Below, piece by piece: positions 7,811 to 15,656 of a stretch of 32,000 nucleotides of DNA; positions within the stretch are counted from its first letter, which is position 1, and every line of letters begins with the position of its first letter. The position numbers and the translations under genes are program-made. The DNA comes from Candidatus Kuenenia stuttgartensis (lineage in GTDB: Bacteria; Planctomycetota; Brocadiia; Brocadiales; Brocadiaceae): contig NZ_LT934425.1 of the NCBI RefSeq assembly GCF_900232105.1, positions 240,001-272,000 of the forward strand, read 5' to 3'. The notes under the pieces were generated by a model. It had not been told where the DNA came from. It did no database searches and saw only the letters and a program-made list of their open reading frames with translations.

Positions 7811-9526
7811 TTAGTAGGTATGCATTACTTTTAAAGGAGTTGTCATGATATAATCATTACTGGTCTGTGCCCCATGGCATTTAATACATGATGACAGCTT
7901 ACCGGCCAGCTTGATGGTCTTCGTCTCTCCGCCTTCTTCTTTCTCTGTGACCATAACGTCACCATTCGGTTCATATTTAATCCAGAACCAATCCTTCGCA
8001 TCAGGATCAAAACCTTTTATTTTCTGCATTACCGTTATAGAATCAATGTTTTTATCCTTTCTATAATTCTCTTTAATTATTATCGCACCTGGTTGTAATT
8101 CACCTTTCTTATGTTTAATTGCCTCATGGGCGAGATCGTTTACATATGTGGTAAGCCAAAACCCATGTGGTTCTGTTCCTTCATAAAAAGCATTTTTCCC
8201 GGGCCACATTTTCCAGTTTTCCCGATACTTTTCATTTTGCATTCTTTCCCATAGTTCTTTCGCCATTAATTCATAAACAGGCTCGGTTCCTTTCGGTTTT
8301 TCCTCTGTTATTTCTTTTTTTGTAATACTTTTTACAAAACTTGTATAAATATAATCATTAAGAAACTGGTTTTTGTGACAAGAAATGCAGTTATCGACTT
8401 TACCAGCCAAAGAAATAGTTTTCCCATATTTTTCTTCAGTCATTATTGCACCATTTGGTTTAAACTTGATCCAAAACCAATCATTGTTTTCAGGATTAAA
8501 ACCTTTTATCTTCTTCATTACGGTAATGTATTCTAAACTTTTATCAAACATGTAGTTTTCAGTAACGATAACAGCATCAAAAGGCATGGACTCTTTCTTA
8601 CTGACAATAGAATCATAAGCCACTTCATTTACATACGTGCTCAATAAAGTCCCATGTGGATCAATTCCATTATAGAAAGCCTCTTTATCTGGCCACATTT
8701 TCCAACTTTCCTGGTAATTGTCACTCTTCATTTTATTCCAGATTTCAGTAGCTATCCTTTTGGCATTCATAACTTCTTCTTCTTTCTTTTTTGTCTCGCT
8801 TATTTCTTTCCCTATGTCCACAATCGGACTTGTATAAATATAATCATTGTCGGTCTGCAAACTATGGCATTCTATACAATCAGCAACTTTTCCTGCCAAC
8901 TTTAATGCCTTATTATTTTTTTTAACAGTTGTAATTTCACCATCAGTTTCATATTTTACCCAAAACCAATCATTCGCAAGCGGATTGAAGCCTTTTATTT
9001 TATGCATTACTGTTATAAAGGTAATGTTTCTATCTGATGTATAATTCTCAGTAATAATTATCGCTCCAGAGGACAGCTTTCCTTTCTTATTTTTAATTGC
9101 ATCATATGCAATATCATTCACATAGGTAGTCAGCAATTCCCCATGTGGCTGCCTTCCTTTATAAAAGTCTCCCGTATCCGGCCATAACTTCCAATTCAGT
9201 TTGTAATTCTCTTTGTGTATCGTATCCCAGAGTTCCTTTGCTTTCCCCTCCGCATCTGTTATTATCATTTCCGTTTTTTCTGTTTCAGGCAATCCTTTCT
9301 CCGTCTCCAAAGATGTTCCTTCTCCTGTAATTCCGGTCTTTTCTTCTTCAGAAACGTATGGTGATTTCTCTTTAGCAGACGCAGGTGTACTTTTTTCGAC
9401 CGTTTCTGTTGATTCTTCAGATTTGTATCCCCTACCTATTTTTTTACATCCTATTATGGGGAAAAAACCAATTGCAATTACAACTAATAATGATAATAAA
9501 TATTTTTTCACTTTTATCCCTCTCAT
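7811..9526 (-). CDS. Lipoprotein with three tandem cytochrome P460-like modules, each with a CXXCH heme motif
   Basis: N-terminal 'LLSLLVVIAIGFFPIIGCKK' lipobox. Three repeats of 'A..W..M....Y...W.MWP....FY.G..PHG..L.TYVN..A..A...K.......A.II.ENY......I..ITVM.KIKGF....NDWFW.KY...G' followed by 'LAGK...CI.CH....NDYI'. Hemes CIECH (8864-8878), CISCH (about 8.38 kb) and CIKCH (7874-7888). Confidence 0.85.
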   Translation of the reverse strand: MRGIKVKKYLLSLLVVIAIGFFPIIGCKKIGRGYKSEESTETVEKSTPASAKEKSPYVSEEEKTGITGEGTSLETEKGLPETEKTEMIITDAEGKAKELWDTIHKENYKLNWKLWPDTGDFYKGRQPHGELLTTYVNDIAYDAIKNKKGKLSSGAIIITENYTSDRNITFITVMHKIKGFNPLANDWFWVKYETDGEITTVKKNNKALKLAGKVADCIECHSLQTDNDYIYTSPIVDIGKEISETKKKEEEVMNAKRIATEIWNKMKSDNYQESWKMWPDKEAFYNGIDPHGTLLSTYVNEVAYDSIVSKKESMPFDAVIVTENYMFDKSLEYITVMKKIKGFNPENNDWFWIKFKPNGAIMTEEKYGKTISLAGKVDNCISCHKNQFLNDYIYTSFVKSITKKEITEEKPKGTEPVYELMAKELWERMQNEKYRENWKMWPGKNAFYEGTEPHGFWLTTYVNDLAHEAIKHKKGELQPGAIIIKENYRKDKNIDSITVMQKIKGFDPDAKDWFWIKYEPNGDVMVTEKEEGGETKTIKLAGKLSSCIKCHGAQTSNDYIMTTPLKVMHTY

Positions 9527-9557
9527 TAATTTTTTGATTTAATTTTAGTTTGCATTC

Positions 9558-9637
9558 GTAATTATTCAGCGTAAACGATACACGGCTCGTTCCCAAACCT
9601 TGTACTGAACATAGTATCGTTTACGCTGAATAGTTAC
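9558..9637. mobile_element. 80-bp MITE-like element with IS66-like ends
   Basis: 24-bp terminal inverted repeat with one mismatch: GTAATTATTCAGCGTAAACGATAC (left) versus GTAACTATTCAGCGTAAACGATAC (reverse complement of the right end). The outer 14 nt match the ends of the adjacent IS66 element. Confidence 0.8.
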
Positions 9638-9733
9638 CTTTTAAGAGCATCGTCTCTGTCACCTGTTCTCCATCATAAACTTTAGCAAATTAAAGCATCC
9701 CCGCTCAAAATTGAGGCTAATTGCAAAATTTTG
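9638..9733 (-). pseudogene. Middle fragment of the radical SAM gene (between the MITE and the IS66 element)
   Basis: Minus-strand translation, with a frameshift and stop: INRPYKILQLASILSG / ML*FAKVYDGEQVTETMLLKG, resembling the INRPHKDLRLE.IL.G..EFAK.Y.G.LVTETMLVKG region of the family. Confidence 0.6.
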
Positions 9734-11457
9734 GTATCTATTCAGCGTATTTTCACCCACTGTCGCTACGAGCTAGCAAAATCAGGCAATTCGCCACGGA
9801 ATAGCATCTGTAATGCCCGGCTCAAATTTACACCTTGTTTTCGACAGGTCGAGAGATAACTCCGAATGCGGCAGAAAATTTTCGCTCCCTCCAAAGAACG
9901 AAAACAGCCAGATATCTTCTGCTGAACCTTCGTCATCCTGATATCGTTTTCTGCCAAATTGTTCGTAAAGGGAACATTTTTATTGTCCATAAACCTCAAC
10001 ACATCACCCTCATACGTCCTCAATCGTTCCAGAAGATTCCGTGCCTTTGTCCTTTTTACCCTCCCCCTTTTTCCCTTACGGTTCGTTTCATCAGGAGGAG
10101 GGCTTTCGGCTTCTGCGTTTTGGAGTATCTTCCTATACCTTTGCCGGTATTTTTCTGACTCATCAGTTCCCAGCATTCCCCCGGCATCACTCGTCGCACG
10201 GTTTATCTCTTTAAGTAATGCTTTCATCTCTTTCGCCCACTCCTGCTTATTATCATCTTCCCACACACCATCCAATTCCCTCAAGTGGTGTGCATTACAC
10301 AACGCATGCGTACAGTTGCTATAGGTGTAATACGACTTCAAATGGTCGTGGCAAAGAATCCCCTTAAATTCAGGTAATATCCCGATACTATTTATCGCTT
10401 CTGTTCCACGTCTTTCATGCGGGAAAAAGTACGTCCACAAACTATTGGATGCACTGTGCAACCAATACCTGTCTCCATTCTTGTTGATACTAGTTTCATC
10501 CACATGCATCACCTCTGATTTTGCAAGTTCTTCCCTGGCTCTCACTTCGAAGGGTTCCAATGACTCGTAGGCTTCCCTGTTAAAGTTGTAAACAGAACCT
10601 TCACTCAGCGGTATCCCAATCTGTCCTTCAAAATACTCCTGTATCCTCTTGTAGGGTATCAATTGATACTGCGACATATAGACTGCATGCGCTTTCAAAT
10701 CCGGACCATACTGCACCGCCTTTGTTACCCCTTCCGGAAATGACGCTACAATCCGGTTCCCTTTCGCATCCTCTACTACCTCTGCACGATACTCCGTTAC
10801 TACACGCGAAATCTTTATATCAAACACCTGGCGTGCTTCGTAACCTACCACCTTGTATTTGCTGCGCGGATACTTCCTCCGGTCTACTTTTATTACTTCC
10901 ACCTCATCAGGATTGTCTACCTTTTTGAGCGTTACTCCATCACGGCCCTTTTGCCCGCCTGCCTTCCTTTCACCCTTCGCCTTGCTTTCTTTCTTGCGAT
11001 TCGGATCGCTTGAGGGAGGCTTGCTGCTGTTGCGGCTGTTCCGGTTCAGACGTCCTACCAGCAGTGTTATCAATAATACCAACAACTCTATCATTGACCT
11101 CACCGCCGGTGACAGCCCTTTCTCTTCTGAAAGCAGCTTCTCTACTTTTTGGAGTGTTGCGTCTACGTCTATATTCTCTATCGTCAATGGATGATACCTG
11201 TATATATAATTAGCCTGAAATTATCTACTGCATCTATTATACTGCAGGTTTTTTCACCCTTTTCTTTCGCTCTATAACACACCACAAGGGCTCGAAATTC
11301 TATAACTGAACAGACCCCACACACGTCTCTATGCACGGCATCTTGCTGCCTGTTTTTAACGCATTTACAAACATATACATACACTACCAGGTAAATTGCT
11401 TGTTTGTAACATTTCTGCTGTCAAGTAAATTCTAAATTATTTTCGCTGAATAGTTAC
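9734..11457 (-). mobile_element. IS66-family insertion sequence, 1,724 bp
   Basis: TIRs GTATCTATTCAGCG (9734-9747) and CGCTGAATAGTTAC (11444-11457). Perfect 8-bp TSD AAATTTTG at 9726-9733 and 11458-11465, the size expected for IS66. Confidence 0.93.
9766..11187 (-). CDS. tnpC: IS66-family transposase (TnpC-like)
   Basis: 'NSSKPPSSDPNRKK', 'HVDETSINKNGDRYWLHSASN', 'GILCHDHLKSYYTYSNCTHALCNAHHLREL', 'FTNNLAENDIRMTKVQQKISGCFRSLEGAKIFCRIRSYLST'. Confidence 0.95.
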   Translation of the reverse strand: MTIENIDVDATLQKVEKLLSEEKGLSPAVRSMIELLVLLITLLVGRLNRNSRNSSKPPSSDPNRKKESKAKGERKAGGQKGRDGVTLKKVDNPDEVEVIKVDRRKYPRSKYKVVGYEARQVFDIKISRVVTEYRAEVVEDAKGNRIVASFPEGVTKAVQYGPDLKAHAVYMSQYQLIPYKRIQEYFEGQIGIPLSEGSVYNFNREAYESLEPFEVRAREELAKSEVMHVDETSINKNGDRYWLHSASNSLWTYFFPHERRGTEAINSIGILPEFKGILCHDHLKSYYTYSNCTHALCNAHHLRELDGVWEDDNKQEWAKEMKALLKEINRATSDAGGMLGTDESEKYRQRYRKILQNAEAESPPPDETNRKGKRGRVKRTKARNLLERLRTYEGDVLRFMDNKNVPFTNNLAENDIRMTKVQQKISGCFRSLEGAKIFCRIRSYLSTCRKQGVNLSRALQMLFRGELPDFASS

Positions 11458-11835
11458 AAATTTTGTAAGGCCTGTTGATTTTGCGCCGGACATCTGCACG
11501 CCAGATGAGGGATACATGGTAATCGCCGCAATCTTTATCCCATACGATTTCAGCGCTTCAATCTCCAGACCAAGATTGACATCCAGGGAGGTTCACCGTC
11601 AGGCACAAAAGTAAGGTAATCTATGTATTCTCCAGATTCCCTTAGCTTCTCTATTTTCTCATCCGCTTCTTTCAGAATAACATCAGGTTTATAAAATTCA
11701 CGTCGCTTAACAAGCCTTCGCATCGTGTACCCCAACTGGCAATAAACACATGAATAGGTGCAAACTTTCGGTGGAATATTGTTAATACCAAGACTGCGCC
11801 TTTATCCACCCTACTAAAGACTGTTTTGGCCAACG
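11458..11835 (-). pseudogene. N-terminal fragment of a radical SAM protein (COG0731-like), frameshifted and interrupted by IS66
   Basis: Minus-strand translation RRSLGINNIPPKVCTYSCVYCQLGYTMRRLVKRREFYKPDVILKEADEKIEKLRESGEYIDYLTFVPDGEP, then a frameshift to LDVNLGLEVEALKSYGIKIAAIT and another to VSLIWRADVRRKINRPYKI. CX3CX2C motif present. Confidence 0.75.
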
Positions 11836-12000
11836 ATTATCTTCTTCTTCTTTTTAACTCAAAATTTTAGATAGCCGCCTTACCCACCTCTACTGCAACT
11901 TATGTGATATCTCCTTGAGTTTTTTTCGTGCCAGGCCTTTAATACATATTTTTAAATTAGGTTGGGTTTTTAAATAAAAAACCAACCGGCATTCATTTTT

Positions 12001-12086
12001 ACCCACCCCTTACCCCTCCAAATAGGGGAATTTGATATAGAGACGCAGGGCCATGCGTCTCTATAGGAGGGGTTTGAGGGGTGGGT
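12001..12086. repeat. Nested palindromic intergenic repeat
   Basis: Outer inverted repeat ACCCACCCCT (12001-12010) / AGGGGTGGGT (12077-12086). Inner perfect palindrome arms TAGAGACGCA (12038-12047) / TGCGTCTCTA (12054-12063). Confidence 0.75.
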
Positions 12087-12224
12087 TTGTTCATTGCTTA
12101 ACTGAAAATATTGAAATCCATAAACATTTAATGTCGTAGCAAGTCTCGCCTTACCGCTACATAATCGGTTTAAAATCCCTAAGTATTTAATTCTCAAGTA
12201 CAGTCAGGCTTATTATGAAAAATA

Positions 12225-13235
12225 CTAATGCCCTGATGGTTGTTTGCCTCTTTTTTCAAGGGCTTCTTCAAATGTGTAGATTTTTCCACCAAATCCTTTT
12301 TGGAATTTTACTGCATCATCCTTTTTGCCAAAGGCGATCCAGTTATCAGAACAAGCAGGAACGGCATCGCTATGATGGAGCATGTACATCTTTGAAACAT
12401 CCATCCATTCGCCGCTAATAAAATCCCTTGCCCTAACGGATGCTATTTTGTCTTTATTTCCTGCATGTTCCCATAACCCACAGTGTGGACATATATATGA
12501 TACTGTTTCACCATTGGTATAGGTAATCTGGTAATCAGTATTTTCATTCCCTTTCAGCGGCATATGACACAAAGGGCATCTCACCTCTTTTTGCACCGCC
12601 AAGTAGCCCTCACATTTCATGTTTGTATTAAAGTATGCGTTACTTCCTTTAAGTTCAAATTTTCGTTCTCCATCATGAAAACTGGCAGAAACAACTCTTC
12701 CCTGCATAAATACCCGATTAAGTTTGCTTTTGGTGTTTGTATGCATTACAGGGGTTGCGTTGTCACCTCCAAGCACAGGTTCCGTTGTTAATACCATAAT
12801 CTTACCACCATCGACTGTCACAGCGAAATTACCACCCTTGCCAGAGAATGCTATTTTCGCACTACCAGCGCTTTCTATCTTACCATATGCGGCGCAAATG
12901 ATTTTTGCAAATGCTATAGCTGCTTGTTTTTGTTCTTCATTTTTTGCATCAACATAAATACGCACCCATTCTCCCGGTTTCGTTGCGTATGCAATTTTTA
13001 CCCCTGTCAGGTCTGTACCCTTAAATATACTTTCTTCCAAAGACAGAGCGGCCACCGTCTGGCACCCCATGTTGAAAGAAATCAATTCGCAAGGGCAGGG
13101 AATATCACAACTGCACCCTTCTACAAAAACACCTTCAATATGATATGTTTCCTCCGCAGTAACATTTGAGACAAAGAACAGAGGAATACCAACAAAAAAC
13201 AGTATCAATAAAAGAATATAATATTTTGTACGCAT
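12225..13235 (-). CDS. Secreted DUF1326-domain protein with zinc-ribbon-like centre and NosL-like C-terminus
   Basis: Signal peptide, then 'YHIEGVFVEGCSCDIPCPCELISFNMGCQ' (DUF1326 hallmark). Central CPLC...CPHC pairs. C-terminal 'PACSDNWIAFGKKDDAVKFQKGFGGKIYTFEEAL'. Confidence 0.75.
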   Translation of the reverse strand: MRTKYYILLLILFFVGIPLFFVSNVTAEETYHIEGVFVEGCSCDIPCPCELISFNMGCQTVAALSLEESIFKGTDLTGVKIAYATKPGEWVRIYVDAKNEEQKQAAIAFAKIICAAYGKIESAGSAKIAFSGKGGNFAVTVDGGKIMVLTTEPVLGGDNATPVMHTNTKSKLNRVFMQGRVVSASFHDGERKFELKGSNAYFNTNMKCEGYLAVQKEVRCPLCHMPLKGNENTDYQITYTNGETVSYICPHCGLWEHAGNKDKIASVRARDFISGEWMDVSKMYMLHHSDAVPACSDNWIAFGKKDDAVKFQKGFGGKIYTFEEALEKRGKQPSGH

Positions 13236-13355
13236 GTTAAACCTCCTTCGTTAATGTTTTTAACTTTCCGATTTCATCCGCACTATCTTTGTTATTTTTC
13301 ACCTGCTTGGAGTTTCACAACCAATAGCATCGGCGCTCATTTTTCGTATATACTT

Positions 13356-14741
13356 TCATACCTTTAATGGTAGCCCGGCATTGGACCATGCCTGCATCCC
13401 ACCGGCAAGATTGTGTACGTTTGTATAGCCATGTAGTTGTAAGTAACTTGCCCCTATACTCCCGCGATATCCCACGCGACAGGTAACTATAATTTTTTCT
13501 TCTTTGGGCAAATCCACTTCTTTAAGAAGCATGTCCGATAGCGGCAAAAGCTCCGCTTCTTCTATATGCCCTTTGTTCCATTCAGATTCCGACCTGACGT
13601 CTATTATATACTGATACGTACTACTCTTAATTTCATCGCGCAATTCCTGCGCCGAGATCTGAGGAAGTCTTTGTATAGGAAACCCCTGCTCCTGCCAGGC
13701 CGAAATGCCGCTTTGCAAATATCCAATAATATTGTCGTAACCAATCCTGTAAAGGATGGAGCGCATATCTCTATACTTTGTGTCTTCGGTAAAGACCAGG
13801 AGGATGTTAGACTCAGGCTCCACCGCCATACCGATCCAGTTCGCCATTTGACTCCCAAAGCCGATATTAATACTTCCCGGAATATGTACGCCGCCATAGG
13901 CAGATGCATCCCTTGTATCAATGATCTTCGCTCCTCTTTTCAGTGCTTCCCTAAATTGCAAGGGTGTCAGAGGTCTGTCATCGTTGAATTTATCCAGCCA
14001 TGGTGCACCTTTCATGTTCATTGATATAATGTGAGAAAAACTCTTTGGGCGATCAGGGTATTCCCGCATTAAAGATTTTTTAAATTCATCCAAAGAATCA
14101 AGACGTAGAAGAGGGTTCGCGTGGCGTTCATATCCCAGCGTTGTGCTGGTTTTAGAACTAATGCCTTTTCCGCAAAGAGAGCCTTGTCCATGTGCCGGAT
14201 AAACCCCTAAACGATCGGGTAGTTTACCTAATTTTTTATAAATACTTTCATAAAGATTTTTTACCTGTTTTTCTAAAAGTTCTTTACCTGCCAGGTCAGG
14301 CCTTCCTACATCCCCGACAAACAGAAGATCACCGGTTAGCATAAACCATGGTTCCTCCTCCGACCTGCTTGTGTCTTTTACTAAAAGCGAGATGGAATGC
14401 GGCGTGTGTCCGGGAGTATGTAGCACCTCAAGTATTGCCGTACCTAATTCAATAGTGTCTCCTTCTTTTAAAGTCTTGTGTTTAAAGGCAACGGGCGCTT
14501 TCTCGTAAAAATAGATATCAGCGCCTGTACGGGCGGTGATTTCCAAATTGCCGCTTATATGATCGGCATGGATATGTGTTTCGATAACGTGTGTTATCTT
14601 CATTCCCTGATTTCTCGTTATATCAAGGTATTCCTGTATCTCTCTTTTAGGGTCAATAACTGCCGCAACTTTTGCAGCGGGGCAACCAATCACATAAGAA
14701 AGGCAACCGATCCCAGGAGTTTCAATTTGTTTGAAATACAT
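13356..14741 (-). CDS. MBL-fold metallo-hydrolase (persulfide dioxygenase-like) fused to two rhodanese-like domains
   Basis: 'VIETHIHADHISGN', 'LHTPGHTPHSISL', 'FTGDLLFVGDVGRPDL'-type MBL motifs. C-terminal rhodanese 'IIDVRSESEWNKGHIEEAELLPL...IVTCRVGYRGSIGASYLQLHGYTNVHNLAGGMQAW'. Start chosen at MYFKQIETPG. Confidence 0.92.
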   Translation of the reverse strand: MYFKQIETPGIGCLSYVIGCPAAKVAAVIDPKREIQEYLDITRNQGMKITHVIETHIHADHISGNLEITARTGADIYFYEKAPVAFKHKTLKEGDTIELGTAILEVLHTPGHTPHSISLLVKDTSRSEEEPWFMLTGDLLFVGDVGRPDLAGKELLEKQVKNLYESIYKKLGKLPDRLGVYPAHGQGSLCGKGISSKTSTTLGYERHANPLLRLDSLDEFKKSLMREYPDRPKSFSHIISMNMKGAPWLDKFNDDRPLTPLQFREALKRGAKIIDTRDASAYGGVHIPGSINIGFGSQMANWIGMAVEPESNILLVFTEDTKYRDMRSILYRIGYDNIIGYLQSGISAWQEQGFPIQRLPQISAQELRDEIKSSTYQYIIDVRSESEWNKGHIEEAELLPLSDMLLKEVDLPKEEKIIVTCRVGYRGSIGASYLQLHGYTNVHNLAGGMQAWSNAGLPLKV

Positions 14742-14842
14742 GTTAATTCTCCTTGCCGGGTATTTGAGCATTTGGCAATAGTTCACCCACCTATAAATAA
14801 AAAATACGAAGCACGAAATCCGAAATCCGAAACAAATTCCAA

Positions 14843-14910
14843 AATCCTCCCCCTTGCCTCCTCTAAAGGGGGATAATGTCCCCCGCTGGCGGGGGTGCAG
14901 GGGGTGGATT
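14843..14910. repeat. Palindromic C-rich/G-rich intergenic repeat
   Basis: AATCCTCCCCCTTGC (left) is complementary to GCAGGGGGTGGATT (right) with two differences. Inner GTCCCCCGC-TG-GCGGGGGT palindrome. Confidence 0.6.
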
Positions 14911-15062
14911 CGTATTTAGCATTTCGTATTTCACCATTAAATACTTTGTCAAAAAGCACGCACTGACGAATGGAAGTGTGCAAAGAAATTGCCTATAAGG
15001 TTCGTCTCCTGAGAGGGGCGGAACTATTACATTATTTATTATTTGTATGAAAAACAGCAACG

Positions 15063-15566
15063 TTACTTTCTTCGCCATCCGCTCCATACAGGAGTTCCTT
15101 TTTCATCGCGAAGCGTTAATACAGCATCGCCCTTCCTGACATTTGCGGCAATGATTGCCGGTTTTCCTTCGAAATTAATCCTCGAACCTTTGACCTCAAT
15201 CATATCATTCTGTTCGATAGCAATTTCCTGGTTCTCAATATACCAGGCCGGACCCAGATGAACCGGAATTTCTCCCTTATCCGTTTTTAGCGTAAGGTGT
15301 ACACCGCCGGACATGCCCTTCTGAGGGATAAAGATATCTACATTCGTCACCTCTCCATGTAAGGTCTCTACAGTAGCCGGATCAAATAACCTCCCGTATT
15401 GTCCGCTTGTACTCCAGCCACAACTTCCTTTCCACTTCATACCCCCCTTGGGCTGGGAAAAGGATTCTGTTAACATACTGGTAGTAACTATTACCACTAC
15501 TGCTACAATCACACTTATCTTCTTCATTTCGCATTCTCTCCTTTCTTTATTATCTCTGAACAGCAA
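15063..15566 (-). CDS. Secreted hypothetical protein (OB-fold-like)
   Basis: Signal peptide at MKKISVIVAVVVIVTTSMLTESFSQP, then 'VETLHGEVTNVDIFIPQKGMSGGVHLTLKTDKGEIPVHLGPAWYIE'. The start at 15566 is probably too long. Confidence 0.65.
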   Translation of the reverse strand: MLFRDNKERRECEMKKISVIVAVVVIVTTSMLTESFSQPKGGMKWKGSCGWSTSGQYGRLFDPATVETLHGEVTNVDIFIPQKGMSGGVHLTLKTDKGEIPVHLGPAWYIENQEIAIEQNDMIEVKGSRINFEGKPAIIAANVRKGDAVLTLRDEKGTPVWSGWRRK

Positions 15567-15656
15567 CCGCTATGTCGCACTTGCGACACGCTGTAATCAG
15601 GAAAAACATTTAATTTTTATACGATAGCTGTTGTTTTCAAGCTGGAACAAATACCA

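Noticed and set aside
8654-9542. Several plus-strand ORFs opposite the triple-P460 gene
   Set aside because: Antisense shadows. The minus-strand frame has a lipobox, heme motifs and repeat conservation.
9835-11213. Plus-strand ORFs opposite IS66 tnpC, and the small minus ORF 11184-11384
   Set aside because: Antisense or terminal spacer of the IS with low-complexity composition. No tnpA/tnpB similarity seen.
11970-12418. Plus-strand 75- and 67-aa ORFs
   Set aside because: One overlaps the palindromic repeat, the other is antisense to the DUF1326 gene. No domain signal.
14783-15087. ORFs 14783-14983 (-) and 14863-15087 (-)
   Set aside because: Both cross the palindromic repeat. Translations such as 'NTNPPPAPPPAGDIIPL' come from the C-rich repeat.
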